Below, piece after piece: positions 34,093 to 44,375 of a stretch of DNA of 64,000 nucleotides. Positions within the stretch are counted from its first letter, which is position 1. Each line of letters begins with the position of its first letter. The DNA is from Vulcanimicrobiota bacterium. Its GTDB lineage: Bacteria > Vulcanimicrobiota > Vulcanimicrobiia > Vulcanimicrobiales > Vulcanimicrobiaceae. The position numbers and the translations under genes were made by a program. The stretch spans positions 171,566-235,565 of the forward strand of contig CAWGBN010000005.1 in the NCBI GenBank assembly GCA_963820825.1, read 5' to 3'. Below the pieces are notes generated by a model, which saw only the letters and a list, made by a program, of their open reading frames with translations, did not search any database and was not told where the DNA came from.

Positions 34093-35979
34093 ATGAAAAA
34101 GTCTCTCTTGTTTGCTGCACTGGCCGTGGGAACATGGACTGCGGCCTGCAGCGGAAACGCCACCTCACCGCTGCCGCCGGGTGCAAGCCTCCCAGGTTCG
34201 GCGGCATCGGCCCCCGGCTCGACGGGAAAGGCCCCAAGCGGCTGGGCCGCGACGGCGACCCATGCTATCCCGGTGAAAGCCCTTGTCGGCACTGGATCGG
34301 CTAAAGCGGAAAGGCTGCCGAACCTGAAGCCCCTGCATGTCGTAGTGGGTCTCTACATGCGCGATCGCGCGGGTGCACGGGCGCTGGTAGCGAGCCAATA
34401 CATGCCCGGTCACGCGGCATTTCGCAAATGGTTGACCCCGGCAGAGTTTACGGCGATGTACAACCCAACGTTCAGCCAGGCGCAGTCTGTCGCGTCATAT
34501 CTCAGGCAACAAGGATTTACGAAGGTTCGGATCGATCCGAATCACTTGATCGTCAGCGGCTTCGGTTCGGCCTCACAGGTTGAGACGGCGTTCCATACCT
34601 CCATGCGCGGCACTGTATCAGGTGGAGACGTCGTCTATGGTAACGTGACCCCCGCGTTCGTGCCGGCGAAGTTTCGAGGCCTTGTGGCTGCAGTGCTCGG
34701 CTTGACGAACGCCTATCAGATGCATGTTCACCTCATGAAGTCGCAGCATATGCGCCCGATGACCGCCGGCACGCCACCGCCGTGCCTCGAGGTAGTCAAT
34801 GGCGTCTGCGTTGGCGGCGAATACGGTCCCCCGCAATACCAAGTCGCGTACGACGTTCCCGCCAAACTGCACACCGGTGCGAAGACGGCGATTGCGGTAA
34901 TGGCCGAAGGCGACGTGACCCAGGTCGTTAAGGATCTGCGTACGGCCGAGAAGTTCTGGGCGCTTCCGAGGGTACCGTACTCCACCGTTGAGGTTGGCAA
35001 TCCCAGTACCGATACGTCGGGTCTCGACGAGTGGGATCTCGACACGCAGATCTCGAGCGGCATGGCCGAGCGACTCTCTCAGCTATACGTGTACGACACG
35101 ACCTCGCTCAGCGATTCCGACATTACGCTAGAGTACAGCAAGTGGGTCGATGACGACCTCACTCAGGCCGGGAACTCGTCCTTTGGCGAACCCGAAAGCT
35201 TCGCGTATACCGATGGATCGATGAACCTCGACGATCAGCTTCTAAATCAGGCCGCAGCTCAGGGACAGACGATGTTCGCTTCGACCGGAGACAACGGCTC
35301 CGGATGCCCGGTTCTCCTGGCGACTGGGCTACCCAACAGTGGAGCGCCGGAGGTTTGCTATCCGGCGTCGTCGCCGTACGTCGTCGCCGTTGGCGGTACT
35401 ACGCTGGACACCAATGCCGTCGGAAGCGGGCCTGGCTCGTACTATGGTGAGTACGTCTGGACAGGAACTGGCGGCGGATACAGTGCCTTCGAGTCTCCAC
35501 CGTACTGGCAGTCGAACGGCATCTGTGCGGCCTGTACCTCGGGAGGCGTAAGAGCGATTGCTGATATCGCGATGTGCGCCGACAACAACGGTTGCCCGAT
35601 GGACGTGTTCGTTAACGCAGGGCAAGAAGGCGTCGGCGGGACGAGCCTCTCGTCACCGATGTCCATGGGAATATGGGCGCGACTCGAGACACGTTTCCAT
35701 AACAAGCTAGGGTTCGCCGCGCCGGTCTACTACGGCGTCTACGGATACTACGAACCGTGCCCGTCGGGCTCCACGGCCTGCGTACCCTCAGGAGAACCGG
35801 GCGACGATACGTCTGCGCCCCCTCCGGACACGACCGCACCGATCGGTGGCCTCCACGACGTCCTGTACGGAAGCAACGGCATCCCGAACTCGGCCGCACC
35901 AGGCTGGGATGTGCCCTCGGGCCTCGGTTCCATCGACTACTCCGTTATGATGTCCGATCTCAAGAACTCAATCTTCTAG
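34093..35979 (+). CDS. Sedolisin (S53) serine-carboxyl peptidase lipoprotein with prodomain
   Basis: EWDLD, ASTGD, YPASSPYVVAVGGT, GGTSLSSP, GWD..SGLGS. Confidence 0.92.
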   Translation: MKKSLLFAALAVGTWTAACSGNATSPLPPGASLPGSAASAPGSTGKAPSGWAATATHAIPVKALVGTGSAKAERLPNLKPLHVVVGLYMRDRAGARALVASQYMPGHAAFRKWLTPAEFTAMYNPTFSQAQSVASYLRQQGFTKVRIDPNHLIVSGFGSASQVETAFHTSMRGTVSGGDVVYGNVTPAFVPAKFRGLVAAVLGLTNAYQMHVHLMKSQHMRPMTAGTPPPCLEVVNGVCVGGEYGPPQYQVAYDVPAKLHTGAKTAIAVMAEGDVTQVVKDLRTAEKFWALPRVPYSTVEVGNPSTDTSGLDEWDLDTQISSGMAERLSQLYVYDTTSLSDSDITLEYSKWVDDDLTQAGNSSFGEPESFAYTDGSMNLDDQLLNQAAAQGQTMFASTGDNGSGCPVLLATGLPNSGAPEVCYPASSPYVVAVGGTTLDTNAVGSGPGSYYGEYVWTGTGGGYSAFESPPYWQSNGICAACTSGGVRAIADIAMCADNNGCPMDVFVNAGQEGVGGTSLSSPMSMGIWARLETRFHNKLGFAAPVYYGVYGYYEPCPSGSTACVPSGEPGDDTSAPPPDTTAPIGGLHDVLYGSNGIPNSAAPGWDVPSGLGSIDYSVMMSDLKNSIF

Positions 35980-36002
35980 TTCCTACGGTCGGAAGGGCAA
36001 AA

Positions 36003-36036
36003 GAGGAGGCGGCTTTGAGAAGGGGGCCGCCTCCTC
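36003..36036. terminator. GC-rich hairpin downstream of the sedolisin gene
   Basis: GAGGAGGCGGC...GCCGCCTCCTC. U-tract only on the minus strand. Confidence 0.5.
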
Positions 36037-36128
36037 AGCGCGTCGTGCGAGGGGCATCGCAGGAAGCCCGTAGAACGTTCGGTGTTACCCCGGCGTTCGA
36101 TCGGCGCGGTGAAGGAAGGTCGTTTTAG

Positions 36129-37112
36129 ATGTTTAGCTTCACGGCTCGACCATTTATATGTTGGCTAGCCTTTGGCCTCGCAGCAAGCGGATGCGCCGAT
36201 GGCTCGTCCGGCACTCCGACGCCCGCGTCGTATGCAGCGGCGCCGTCATCCATGCGCCCTGCGGCGCATCTCTACGGCAACGATTTCATGTATTCATCCC
36301 AACCGTCGGGAAACGACGTCGCCGTCTATAAGCGCAAGCGCAGAAGCCCGACGCTGACCAGTTATGAAACGTTGACCTCGGGATTCTCCGCTCCGATGGG
36401 AATGGTCGCTACGCCGGCCGGCCGCTTATACGTTGCAAACTCCGGCGATTCAAACGTCCTCGTCTATCGCACGGCGCGCCGGGGACCGAAGGGCCCGGTC
36501 GCCACGCTCGATGACGATGGGGAAGTGCCGGTCAACGTCGCCGTCACCTCCAATGGGCGGGTCGCCGCCGTCTCAAACAGCGCCACTACGGGAGCCGGCG
36601 CCGGCAGCGTCAGCGTGTACTTGAACCGTCAGAGCGAACCGTCGCGCAGATTGACGTACGGACGCGATTCTCTCCAGGGCGAAGGCATTACAATCGATTC
36701 AAACGGGAACTGCTACTGGAGCTTTAACGACCCCGCGACACTGACCGGGTCGATCGTCGAGTTCTCACGCTGCAGGGGACACGGCACGCCGATCGTGTCG
36801 GGAATCTTAAAGGCCGGCGGCCTTGCCTTCGATCGGAGCCAGAATCTGTATTACGTCGATCAGCTGACCGGCATTTATAAGTGTAGCGGCGTTTCGCAGT
36901 GTGCGCTCGTTACGGGAGTCGGATGCTCGGGCTGCCTCGTCGCACCGGCGAACGTGAACTTCGACAACAGCGATCCGCAGAATCTTTGGGTCGCCGATGC
37001 CGCCGGTTACATCGACGCCGTCAGCCTGACCGGCACCATCGAGTACCAGTTGAACGTACTGGATGGTCCAACCAATCCGCCGATCGGAATCGCACCAGCA
37101 CCGGGGAGTTGA
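36129..37112 (+). CDS. NHL/beta-propeller lipoprotein
   Basis: Lipobox ASGC; PMGM..RLYVAN, GLAFD..NLY, NLWVAD. Confidence 0.78.
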   Translation: MFSFTARPFICWLAFGLAASGCADGSSGTPTPASYAAAPSSMRPAAHLYGNDFMYSSQPSGNDVAVYKRKRRSPTLTSYETLTSGFSAPMGMVATPAGRLYVANSGDSNVLVYRTARRGPKGPVATLDDDGEVPVNVAVTSNGRVAAVSNSATTGAGAGSVSVYLNRQSEPSRRLTYGRDSLQGEGITIDSNGNCYWSFNDPATLTGSIVEFSRCRGHGTPIVSGILKAGGLAFDRSQNLYYVDQLTGIYKCSGVSQCALVTGVGCSGCLVAPANVNFDNSDPQNLWVADAAGYIDAVSLTGTIEYQLNVLDGPTNPPIGIAPAPGS

Positions 37113-39639
37113 GCTGGAACCACGCCGATCGTCCTCGCGAGACGCGGAGGGGACCGCCGAGCTGGCTGTCCTGCTCAAGAAGTTTCGGGTGCAAGCCGGC
37201 CTTTCGCAGCAAACTCTGGCGGACCGCGCGCTCGTAAGCATGCAAGCTATTAGCGCGCTTGAGCGCGGTTATCGCAAGGCGCCGTACCGAGCGACCCTGG
37301 AGCGAATCGCCGATGCACTCGCGCTCTCGCCGCAAGCGAGGCAGGCGCTCGAAAATTCCGCCCGCCGCGCGCGCGGCTCGCGTCCGGTCGAATCGGACTT
37401 GGCGCCGCGGCACAATCTCCCACGACAACTCACCTCCTTTGTCGGGCGCGACGATGTCGTCCGTGAAATCATGCAGCTCATGGAAAGCTCCCCGCTGGTC
37501 AGCATCGTCGGAACCGGTGGGGCCGGGAAAACGCGCGCCGCTATCGAGGTAGGGATGCGATCGTTTAACCGCTTCCGGCACGGCGTTTGGTATGTCGAAC
37601 TCGCGCCGCTGAATGATCCGGCTCTGGTATGGCACGCCGTCGCGGCCGCACTCCACGTCCAGGAGTCTTCCAGCCGTACGCTCCTCGATACGCTCGTTGC
37701 GTATCTCTCGCAAAAGCAGTTACTGCTCATCCTTGACAACTGCGAACACGTAATCTCGGAATCGCGCGCGATGGCGGGGTCGCTGCTGAGCGAAACTCCC
37801 GGCATTGCGTTACTGGCGACGACTCGCGAACCCCTGAGCCTCACCGGCGAGCGGACCTATCGAATACCTTCCCTTGCGGTGCCTTCGCAGAAGATGTCGC
37901 CGGAAGACGCAACGGCGTACGGCGCCGTCGCGCTCTTCACCGATCGCGTTCGCGCTTCCGATTCGCGCTTCGAGCTAACGGACGATAATCTGCAGTCCGT
38001 GGTCGAGATCTGCCGCCGTCTCGACGGTTTACCGCTTGCCATCGAACTCGCGGCCGCGCGCGCGAGCGTCCTCTCTACCGGAGAGATCGCCGAGAATCTC
38101 GATCGCGTCTTCGATGTGCTCACGGGCGACCACCGTGCGTCGGTGCCGCGTCACAAAACGATGCGCGCGGCGATCGACTGGAGCTATGCCCTGCTCTCGA
38201 CTCAGGCGCAGCTGCTCTTCGATCGTCTCGCCGTTTTTGCCGGCGGATTTACGCGCCGGACGGCGACAGCGGTCTGTGCCGACGACACCATCCCGCAGCA
38301 AGACGTATTAGAGCTGCTCTCGTCCCTGATTGCCCAATCGTTAGTGATGGTCGAGTTTCCACATGGTAGCGCGCGCTACCATCTGCTCGAAGCGACCCGG
38401 CAATATGCGATGGAAAAGCTCGCAGAGCGAGGAGAGCGAAATGCGCTGGAAGGTCGCCACGCGATTGGGCTCCTCGATGTCGCAGTGCGTCTTGATCGGG
38501 ATTGGTACGATGCGGCAGAGCAGTCGTGGTTTCGCGAAGCGCAGGCCGAGATCGACAACTTTCGTGCTGCGCTCCGATGGTCGCTCGGGGAGCGCCACGA
38601 TTTGCGGGCTGGATGTCTTCTTGCCGGGGCGCTAGCGCGGTTGTGGTATTCGCTCTCTCCGCTCGAAGGACGGCGCTGGGTTCGTCTAGCGATGGACTCG
38701 GTTACGGGAAAAACCCGCGCCGATGAGCTCGCTCAGCTTTACATCGCCGAGGCGGAGCTCTCGGGCGCGCTCGGCGAGGCGGCAGCATCGCTTGCATCGG
38801 CGGAACAGGCATTGCGGCTGCGTTCGGTGCTCGACGAGTTGCAAGTGGCCCGTGCCGAGCATGCAGCCGGCAGTGCGCTTACCGCAACTGGTAAGTGGTC
38901 GGAGGGCGAAGCCTATTTGCAGAGCGCGCTCGCTGCCGCCGAGCGCCTTCAGAATCGCCGCTTGCAGGCACTGGTCTTCGGTGACCTCGGCACCGCCTGC
39001 TCGCGGGCCGGCGACCCTCCTGGTGCTCGCCGCTATTACAATGAGGCACTCGCACGTTACGCCGCACTCGGGTTCGAGAGGCCCGCCGCGTCGATTGCAG
39101 GGCATCTCGCCGAGGTCGAATTTGCCGCGGGCGACGCTGCGGCAGCCCTGCATCGAGCAGAGGAGGCTCGTGTCGGTCACGCTGCGACGCAGAACCGTCG
39201 TTCCGAGGCCGTTGACCTCACGAATATCACGGCCTATCTCGTAGCACTCGACTGTTTTGACGACGCCCGCGCTTATGCGACGCGGGCGCTCGAAGCGGCG
39301 CGCGATGCGCGCGCCACCGTGCTGACTGCCTACGCCCTCCAGCACGTCGCCGCGATTGCCACGCTGCAGCGATCCTCGGAAGATCGCTACGGCGCGGCGC
39401 GGTTGGAAAAGGCAACGATGCTGCTCGGCTTCGTCGACTCGCGGCTCACGGCGCTCGGCGCCTTGCGGGACTATACCGAGCGCCAAGAGTACGAGCGGGT
39501 CGTTACCACGCTCCGACATGTGCTCGGAGAGCGATTCGACGAAATCGTTCCGCTCGGTGCTCTATGGGACGAGGATGCCGCGCTTACCGCTGCACGCGAG
39601 CTGTCCCGCAATCCGCTCGAATCGGGATCGCGTCTATGA
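37063..39639 (+). CDS. XRE-HTH + STAND (NB-ARC-like) ATPase + TPR regulator
   Basis: GLSQQTLA..ISALERG, HNLPRQLTSFVGR, GTGGAGKT, LLILDNCEH, LDGLPLAIELAA. Start uncertain. Confidence 0.88.
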   Translation: MVQPIRRSESHQHRGVELEPRRSSSRDAEGTAELAVLLKKFRVQAGLSQQTLADRALVSMQAISALERGYRKAPYRATLERIADALALSPQARQALENSARRARGSRPVESDLAPRHNLPRQLTSFVGRDDVVREIMQLMESSPLVSIVGTGGAGKTRAAIEVGMRSFNRFRHGVWYVELAPLNDPALVWHAVAAALHVQESSSRTLLDTLVAYLSQKQLLLILDNCEHVISESRAMAGSLLSETPGIALLATTREPLSLTGERTYRIPSLAVPSQKMSPEDATAYGAVALFTDRVRASDSRFELTDDNLQSVVEICRRLDGLPLAIELAAARASVLSTGEIAENLDRVFDVLTGDHRASVPRHKTMRAAIDWSYALLSTQAQLLFDRLAVFAGGFTRRTATAVCADDTIPQQDVLELLSSLIAQSLVMVEFPHGSARYHLLEATRQYAMEKLAERGERNALEGRHAIGLLDVAVRLDRDWYDAAEQSWFREAQAEIDNFRAALRWSLGERHDLRAGCLLAGALARLWYSLSPLEGRRWVRLAMDSVTGKTRADELAQLYIAEAELSGALGEAAASLASAEQALRLRSVLDELQVARAEHAAGSALTATGKWSEGEAYLQSALAAAERLQNRRLQALVFGDLGTACSRAGDPPGARRYYNEALARYAALGFERPAASIAGHLAEVEFAAGDAAAALHRAEEARVGHAATQNRRSEAVDLTNITAYLVALDCFDDARAYATRALEAARDARATVLTAYALQHVAAIATLQRSSEDRYGAARLEKATMLLGFVDSRLTALGALRDYTERQEYERVVTTLRHVLGERFDEIVPLGALWDEDAALTAARELSRNPLESGSRL

Positions 39640-39641
39640 AT

Positions 39642-40128
39642 CTACGCCGACGGCTTTGCGGCTACGAGCTGCTCGTACTTGCGAAAGATCACGAAGTAGC
39701 TCGCGGCGATGAAGGCGATCGCGAAGGCCAGCAAAGCGTCGCCGATCGTGCCCGAAAGGCTGCCGCGCTGCGGCATCATCATCGCGCACGGCCTAGCGCA
39801 GGCCGAACGCGGCGGCGAAGATTACGATCGTCACCCACGAGGAGCCGAGGTACATCACGCCCGTGCCGCTCGGTCGGGCCGCACGTCGGTGTGCATGCCG
39901 CGCAGAATGCCGAACGGCACGCCGACGAGCGCGCCGACGACCAGGCCGAGCGGCAATCTCCAGCGGCGGCGCCGGGTTGAGCACGTTGATTGCGCGTAGA
40001 TCACCCACGCGGTCAGCGCCGCAAAGAATAATCGGCGTGATCCACATCCGGGTCACGCTGATTTTCTGCGGACGTATCAAACGAATGGCGAGCACCGCAA
40101 CCACGACGACCAGCGGCAGCAGTTGCAC
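39642..40128 (-). CDS. CcdC/DUF1453-like membrane protein (frameshifted)
   Basis: Hydrophobic; RPQKISVTRMWITP. C-terminal GDALLAFAIAF in another frame. Confidence 0.55.
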
Positions 40129-40160
40129 CCACGCCGGAACGCTTGTGTTCGCTGCGGTCG

Positions 40161-40530
40161 TTACTTGATCTCGACCTTGGCGCCGGCTTCTTCGAGCTTC
40201 TTCTTGACCTGCTCGGCTTCGTCTTTAGTGACGCCCTCTTTGACGGCCTTGGGAGCGCTCTCGACGAACGCCTTGGCTTCGGTGAGCCCGAGGCTGGTGA
40301 GCTCGCGGACTGCCTTGATCACTTTGATCTTCTCGGGTCCGATCTCGGCGAGGATCACGTCGAACTCGGTCTTCTCGGCTTCCGGAGCGGCGGCGCCCGG
40401 GCGCCGCGGCCATCATCGCGACCGGCGCGGCCGCCGAGACGCCGTACTTCTCCTCGAGCTGCTTGACGAGGTCGGCCAGCTCGAGAACGGTGAGTTTATC
40501 GATTTGGTCGATGAGTTCGGCAACTGCCAT
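40161..40530 (-). CDS. rplL: 50S ribosomal protein L7/L12 (frameshifted)
   Basis: [56 protein letters not shown]. Confidence 0.96.
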
Positions 40531-40547
40531 GATACTTCGTATCTTCT

Positions 40548-41090
40548 CTAATTAAGCGTTATGCGGTGATGCGGCGGCTTTTTGCTCGCGCAATCGCGTT
40601 GAGCACGCGCACGAGACCGCTCTGATTTCCGGAGAGCACGGTCACGAGCCCGCGCAGCGGATTGGCGAGCGTACCGACGAGGCTTTGCCATGAGTTCGAG
40701 CTTGGGCGGAAGCTTGGCGAGGATCTCGACCTGTTTGGCGTCGACGACGCGGCCGTCAATGTAGGCGGCCTTGACGGCGACCTTCTTGACGGTGTCGCTG
40801 AACGTCTTGAGCGCTTTGGCCGGCGCGACCGGATCGACGCCGGCGAAGACGATGCCCGTCGGTCCGGCCAGAAACGACTCCAGCTGGCCGGCCAGGTCGC
40901 CGGCGGCGATGCGAAAGAGCGTGTTCTTTACGACCGCAGTAGGTGTTGCCGTCCTTACGGAGCTCGCCGCGCAGCTTGCGTGATCTCTGCGACGGTCAAA
41001 CCCTGGTAATCGGTCAGAAAGAGGTTCTGCGCGTGCGGCGAGCTTCTCGGTCAGTTCTCCGATGGCGGCTTCTTTACGTGCGGTCGGCAT
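40548..41090 (-). CDS. rplJ: 50S ribosomal protein L10 (frameshifted)
   Basis: [29 protein letters not shown]. Confidence 0.94.
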   Translation of the reverse strand: MPTARKEAAIGELTEKLAARAEPLSDRLPGFDRRRDHASCAASSVRTATPTAVVKNTLFRIAAGDLAGQLESFLAGPTGIVFAGVDPVAPAKALKTFSDTVKKVAVKAAYIDGRVVDAKQVEILAKLPPKLELMAKPRRYARQSAARARDRALRKSERSRARAQRDCASKKPPHHRITLN

Positions 41091-41127
41091 GACGTTCTGC
41101 TTCCAGCTCTACGACGTGCGTACGATA

Positions 41128-41270
41128 ATGAAAAGCGCCCCGATCGAGGGCGCTCATTCAAAGCCGGCATCGACGTGTGCCGTGACCTTCTCGATGCCTT
41201 CGCGTCCTCGGTGGCCTTCGACTCTCGTCGAAGATTAAGGCCTTACGGCCGGCTACGGTCTCTGGAGCCG
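41128..41270 (-). promoter_or_regulatory. L10 ribosomal protein leader with terminator-like hairpin
   Basis: Minus strand CCAGAGACCGTAGCC..TTAAT..GCCACCGAGG resembles the L10-leader kink-turn core. Downstream hairpin GAGCGCCC..GGGCGCTTTT precedes rplJ. Confidence 0.72.
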
Positions 41271-41336
41271 TCGGCTAGACTACCACAGGAGTGCCGGGGA
41301 ACGCAAGGGTTTTGGCGAGAAGCCGTCTGCTCGCAG

Positions 41337-41943
41337 ATGCCCTAGCTAAGACCGCCGCCGAAGCGCTGGAGCTCCTGAAGGCCGGCAACGCGCGATTCGT
41401 CGCCGGCGCGCCGCAATCCGAGCCCACGGGCGCGCGGCGCCGAGTTGGCGAGCGCCAGAGCCCCTTCGCGTCGTCCTAGGCTGCTCCGACTCACGCGTGC
41501 CGATCGAGACGATCTTCGATCAGCCGCCCGGCCGTCTGTTCGTGGTGCGCGTCGCCGGAAATTTTCTCAACGAGGACAACCTCGGCTCGATCGAGTTCAG
41601 CGTCGCCGTTCTGAAATCCGGCTCATTCTGGTCCTCGGCCACTCGCAACTGCGGCGCGGTGAGCGCCGCCGTCGGCTACGTCAGCGACGGCACCGACCCA
41701 GCCGGGCTACATCCAGGAGTTGGTCGACGCAAGCTCGGCCCCGCCGGCGCGCAACGTCCGCGGCGACCCCGGGCGACTGGATCGGAGAACGCCGTCGCCG
41801 AGAACGTCAAGCTCAACGTTGCCGCCATGACCGGCCGGTCCGACGATCATCGCCGAGGCCGTAGCGAGCGGCGAATCGAGGTAAAGGGTGGAGTCTACGA
41901 CGTCACGCACCGGACGCGTCACGTTCTTCTAACGGCTTTGTGA
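41337..41943 (+). CDS. Beta-class carbonic anhydrase (frameshifted)
   Basis: LKAGNARF, GCSDSRVPIETIFDQ, LFVVRVAGN, VLGH..CGAV. Confidence 0.88.
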
Positions 41944-43749
41944 GACAGCGCCGATCGCGTTTCGTCTGCGAGCGGCTCTCCTTCGCGGTCGTCGCGATCG
42001 GCACGATGTCATGGTCATCGTCTTCGTCGTCGTCGAAGGCAACTCGACGCAAACTGGGCTTCTTTCCGATCCTCTTCCAGCACAACGACAACGTCGTTCA
42101 AGTCGAGGCGCGATCCTCGACCGCCGTCCCGCTGCAGACCGGCGATCGCCTCAACCTCGGCGCGCTCGACGCCGCAGCAGCGTTTCGCGCTGCTGCGCGG
42201 AGCGCACGCGAAAACGACGATCCCGGTGCAAGTCACGCGCAACGGGCGCACCTTCGATACGGTCATTACGGCGAGCCCGCCCGATTATTCCGCCGCGCGC
42301 CACGCTCACGCGCGTACGTCGGCACGCCGCTCTGCTTCTTCCTCTCGCTGGCGTTGGCCAGCGCGCTCTTCCTGATGCGACCGCGGCCGATCACGCTGGC
42401 CTTCTACCTTTACACGATGCTGATGCTGATCAAGGTGAACGAGACCCCGCTCGATCTCGCCGCCTGGCCGATCAGTTTTGTCAGCTACGTCGCCATTCAG
42501 TTCGTCTATCCGGCCGCGCAGCTGATGATCTTGATCTTCGCGCAACGCCTCTACGGCGGCCCCGAGACGCGCCTGGCCTTGGTTCTTGGGCACCGCGATC
42601 GGCCTCTCCGTGCTCGTGTTCGTTCGCCTGGCTCGATCCGATCGTCTGGCTCGTCTATCAGCGCTTTGGGTTCCCCGGGCCGGTGCTGCTCATCGAGAGC
42701 ATCTCTCGACTGCGCTGCTGCTCATCGTCGTCCTGACCGGACTTGCGTACATCGCGTCGGGCGCGACCGACTATCGCTCGCGGCCGCGTCTACTGGGTTA
42801 TCGCCGGCATCGCGCTCGCGCCGACTGCTCGATCTCACCTGGGCGCTCGCGCAACGTGCTGAGCACGCTCGTCGGCAACACCTCGGTGCCGCTGCTCGAT
42901 CTTACTGCAGTGGACCGACGCGCTGCTGCCGTGGTTCGGCCTGGCCGGCTCGATCTTCGTCGTCTACGGCTTCCTCTCGCAACGCGTGCTCGATTTTCGC
43001 TTCGCCATCGGCCGCGCCGCCATCTACGGCGCGGTGACGGCGGTGATTGCTGCTCGTCTTCGGCATTATCGAATGGTGGGCCAGCAAGTCTTCGAGAGCA
43101 CGCGTCCCGCGATTTACGTCAGCCTCTTCGCCGCGCTCTTTATCGGCTTTTCGCTCAACGCGCTGCACGGCCGCGTCGAGAACTCTCCTCAACACGGTCT
43201 TCTTTCGCGATCAGCGACGCGCCGAGGAGGCCCTGCGCCACGCCTCGCGCGCGCTGGCCAATACGTCGTCCGAAGAAGACGCTGGTCGAGTTTCTCGTTT
43301 ACGAACCGGTCGCGCGTGCTCGGACTCACCGAGGACGCGCTATTTCTCGCGCAGCGCGAGGACGGAGCATTCGTACGCGCCGCCGATCGCGGCTGGACGC
43401 GTCGCAGAAGCCGAGCGTATCGATCCCGAGGATCCGCTCATCGTCGAGCTGCGCGCCGAGCAAGCTCCGATCGTGCTCGACGGCCGGCCGCGCGCGGAGA
43501 CGATTTTGCCCTGCGGCGCAAAGGCGCCCTCGCTCGTCGTGCCGCTGCTGATGCGCGGCGCGGTCTTCGGCTTCGTGTTCTACGGGGCACGCAGCGACGG
43601 CACGCCCTTTACGGCAGACGAGCGCGCGCTGCTCGAAGGCAATCGCCCGCAGCGCCGCGGCCGCGTACGATCACATCGATGCCGAGCAATCGCACGCTCG
43701 AATCGCCGAGCTCGAGGGCCGCCTACGCGCACTCGGCGCAGGCCCGTAA
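41940..43749 (+). CDS. Multi-pass membrane protein with C-terminal GAF-like domain (frameshifted)
   Basis: Several TM segments, then LVVPLLMRGAVFGFVFYGARSDGTPFTADERALLE. Confidence 0.6.
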
Positions 43750-43750
43750 T

Positions 43751-44362
43751 CTAGGGCCGTAACGCCGCCATCGCATCGGCGCATTCGCGCTCCGTCTGAT
43801 CGTCGGAGCGCGCGAGCTGCTCGGTAACGCGTAGCCGGTCGGGTTCGGTGCGGTTCTGGCTCAGCTTCGCCTTGGCGATGAGAAGCTCGGCGCGCAGCTC
43901 GAAGGCGACGATTGCGCGCAGCTGCCCGTCACGGTAATCGGCGTCGAGCCGCTGTGGGTCCCATGCGTCGGCGCCGCTGCCTTCGACGCGTTCGGTGAGG
44001 AGCCGCAGCGCGTACCACGCGTCGCACTCGCGCAACCGGCCGCAGGCATGAACCGCCGTATAGTTCCAGGTCGGCACGGTGGCGTACGGCTCCTCATACC
44101 ACGAAGCGCTGACGTACGCGTGCGGACCTTGGAAGATCAGCGTAGCAGGAGCCCCGGCGAGAATCGAGCGCGATTGCGGGTTTGCCCGTGCAACGTGTCC
44201 GACGATCCAAATGCCATCATCACGCTCCTGCGCTACCAGCGGCAGGTGCGTCGAGCGCGGATACTCACCCTCGCTGGTCACCAGCAAGCCGAACGGATAG
44301 CGCCGGATCAGCTCCAGCGCCCACGCTCGATCGGTTACCTCAAACTCGCGCGGCGTGTACAC
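43751..44362 (-). CDS. FMN-binding negative transcriptional regulator (PaiB-like)
   Basis: MYTP..F, GHVARANPQ, GPHAYVSASWY, VPTWNY, KLSQNR. Confidence 0.92.
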   Translation of the reverse strand: MYTPREFEVTDRAWALELIRRYPFGLLVTSEGEYPRSTHLPLVAQERDDGIWIVGHVARANPQSRSILAGAPATLIFQGPHAYVSASWYEEPYATVPTWNYTAVHACGRLRECDAWYALRLLTERVEGSGADAWDPQRLDADYRDGQLRAIVAFELRAELLIAKAKLSQNRTEPDRLRVTEQLARSDDQTERECADAMAALRP

Positions 44363-44375
44363 GTAAAGCTCGACG

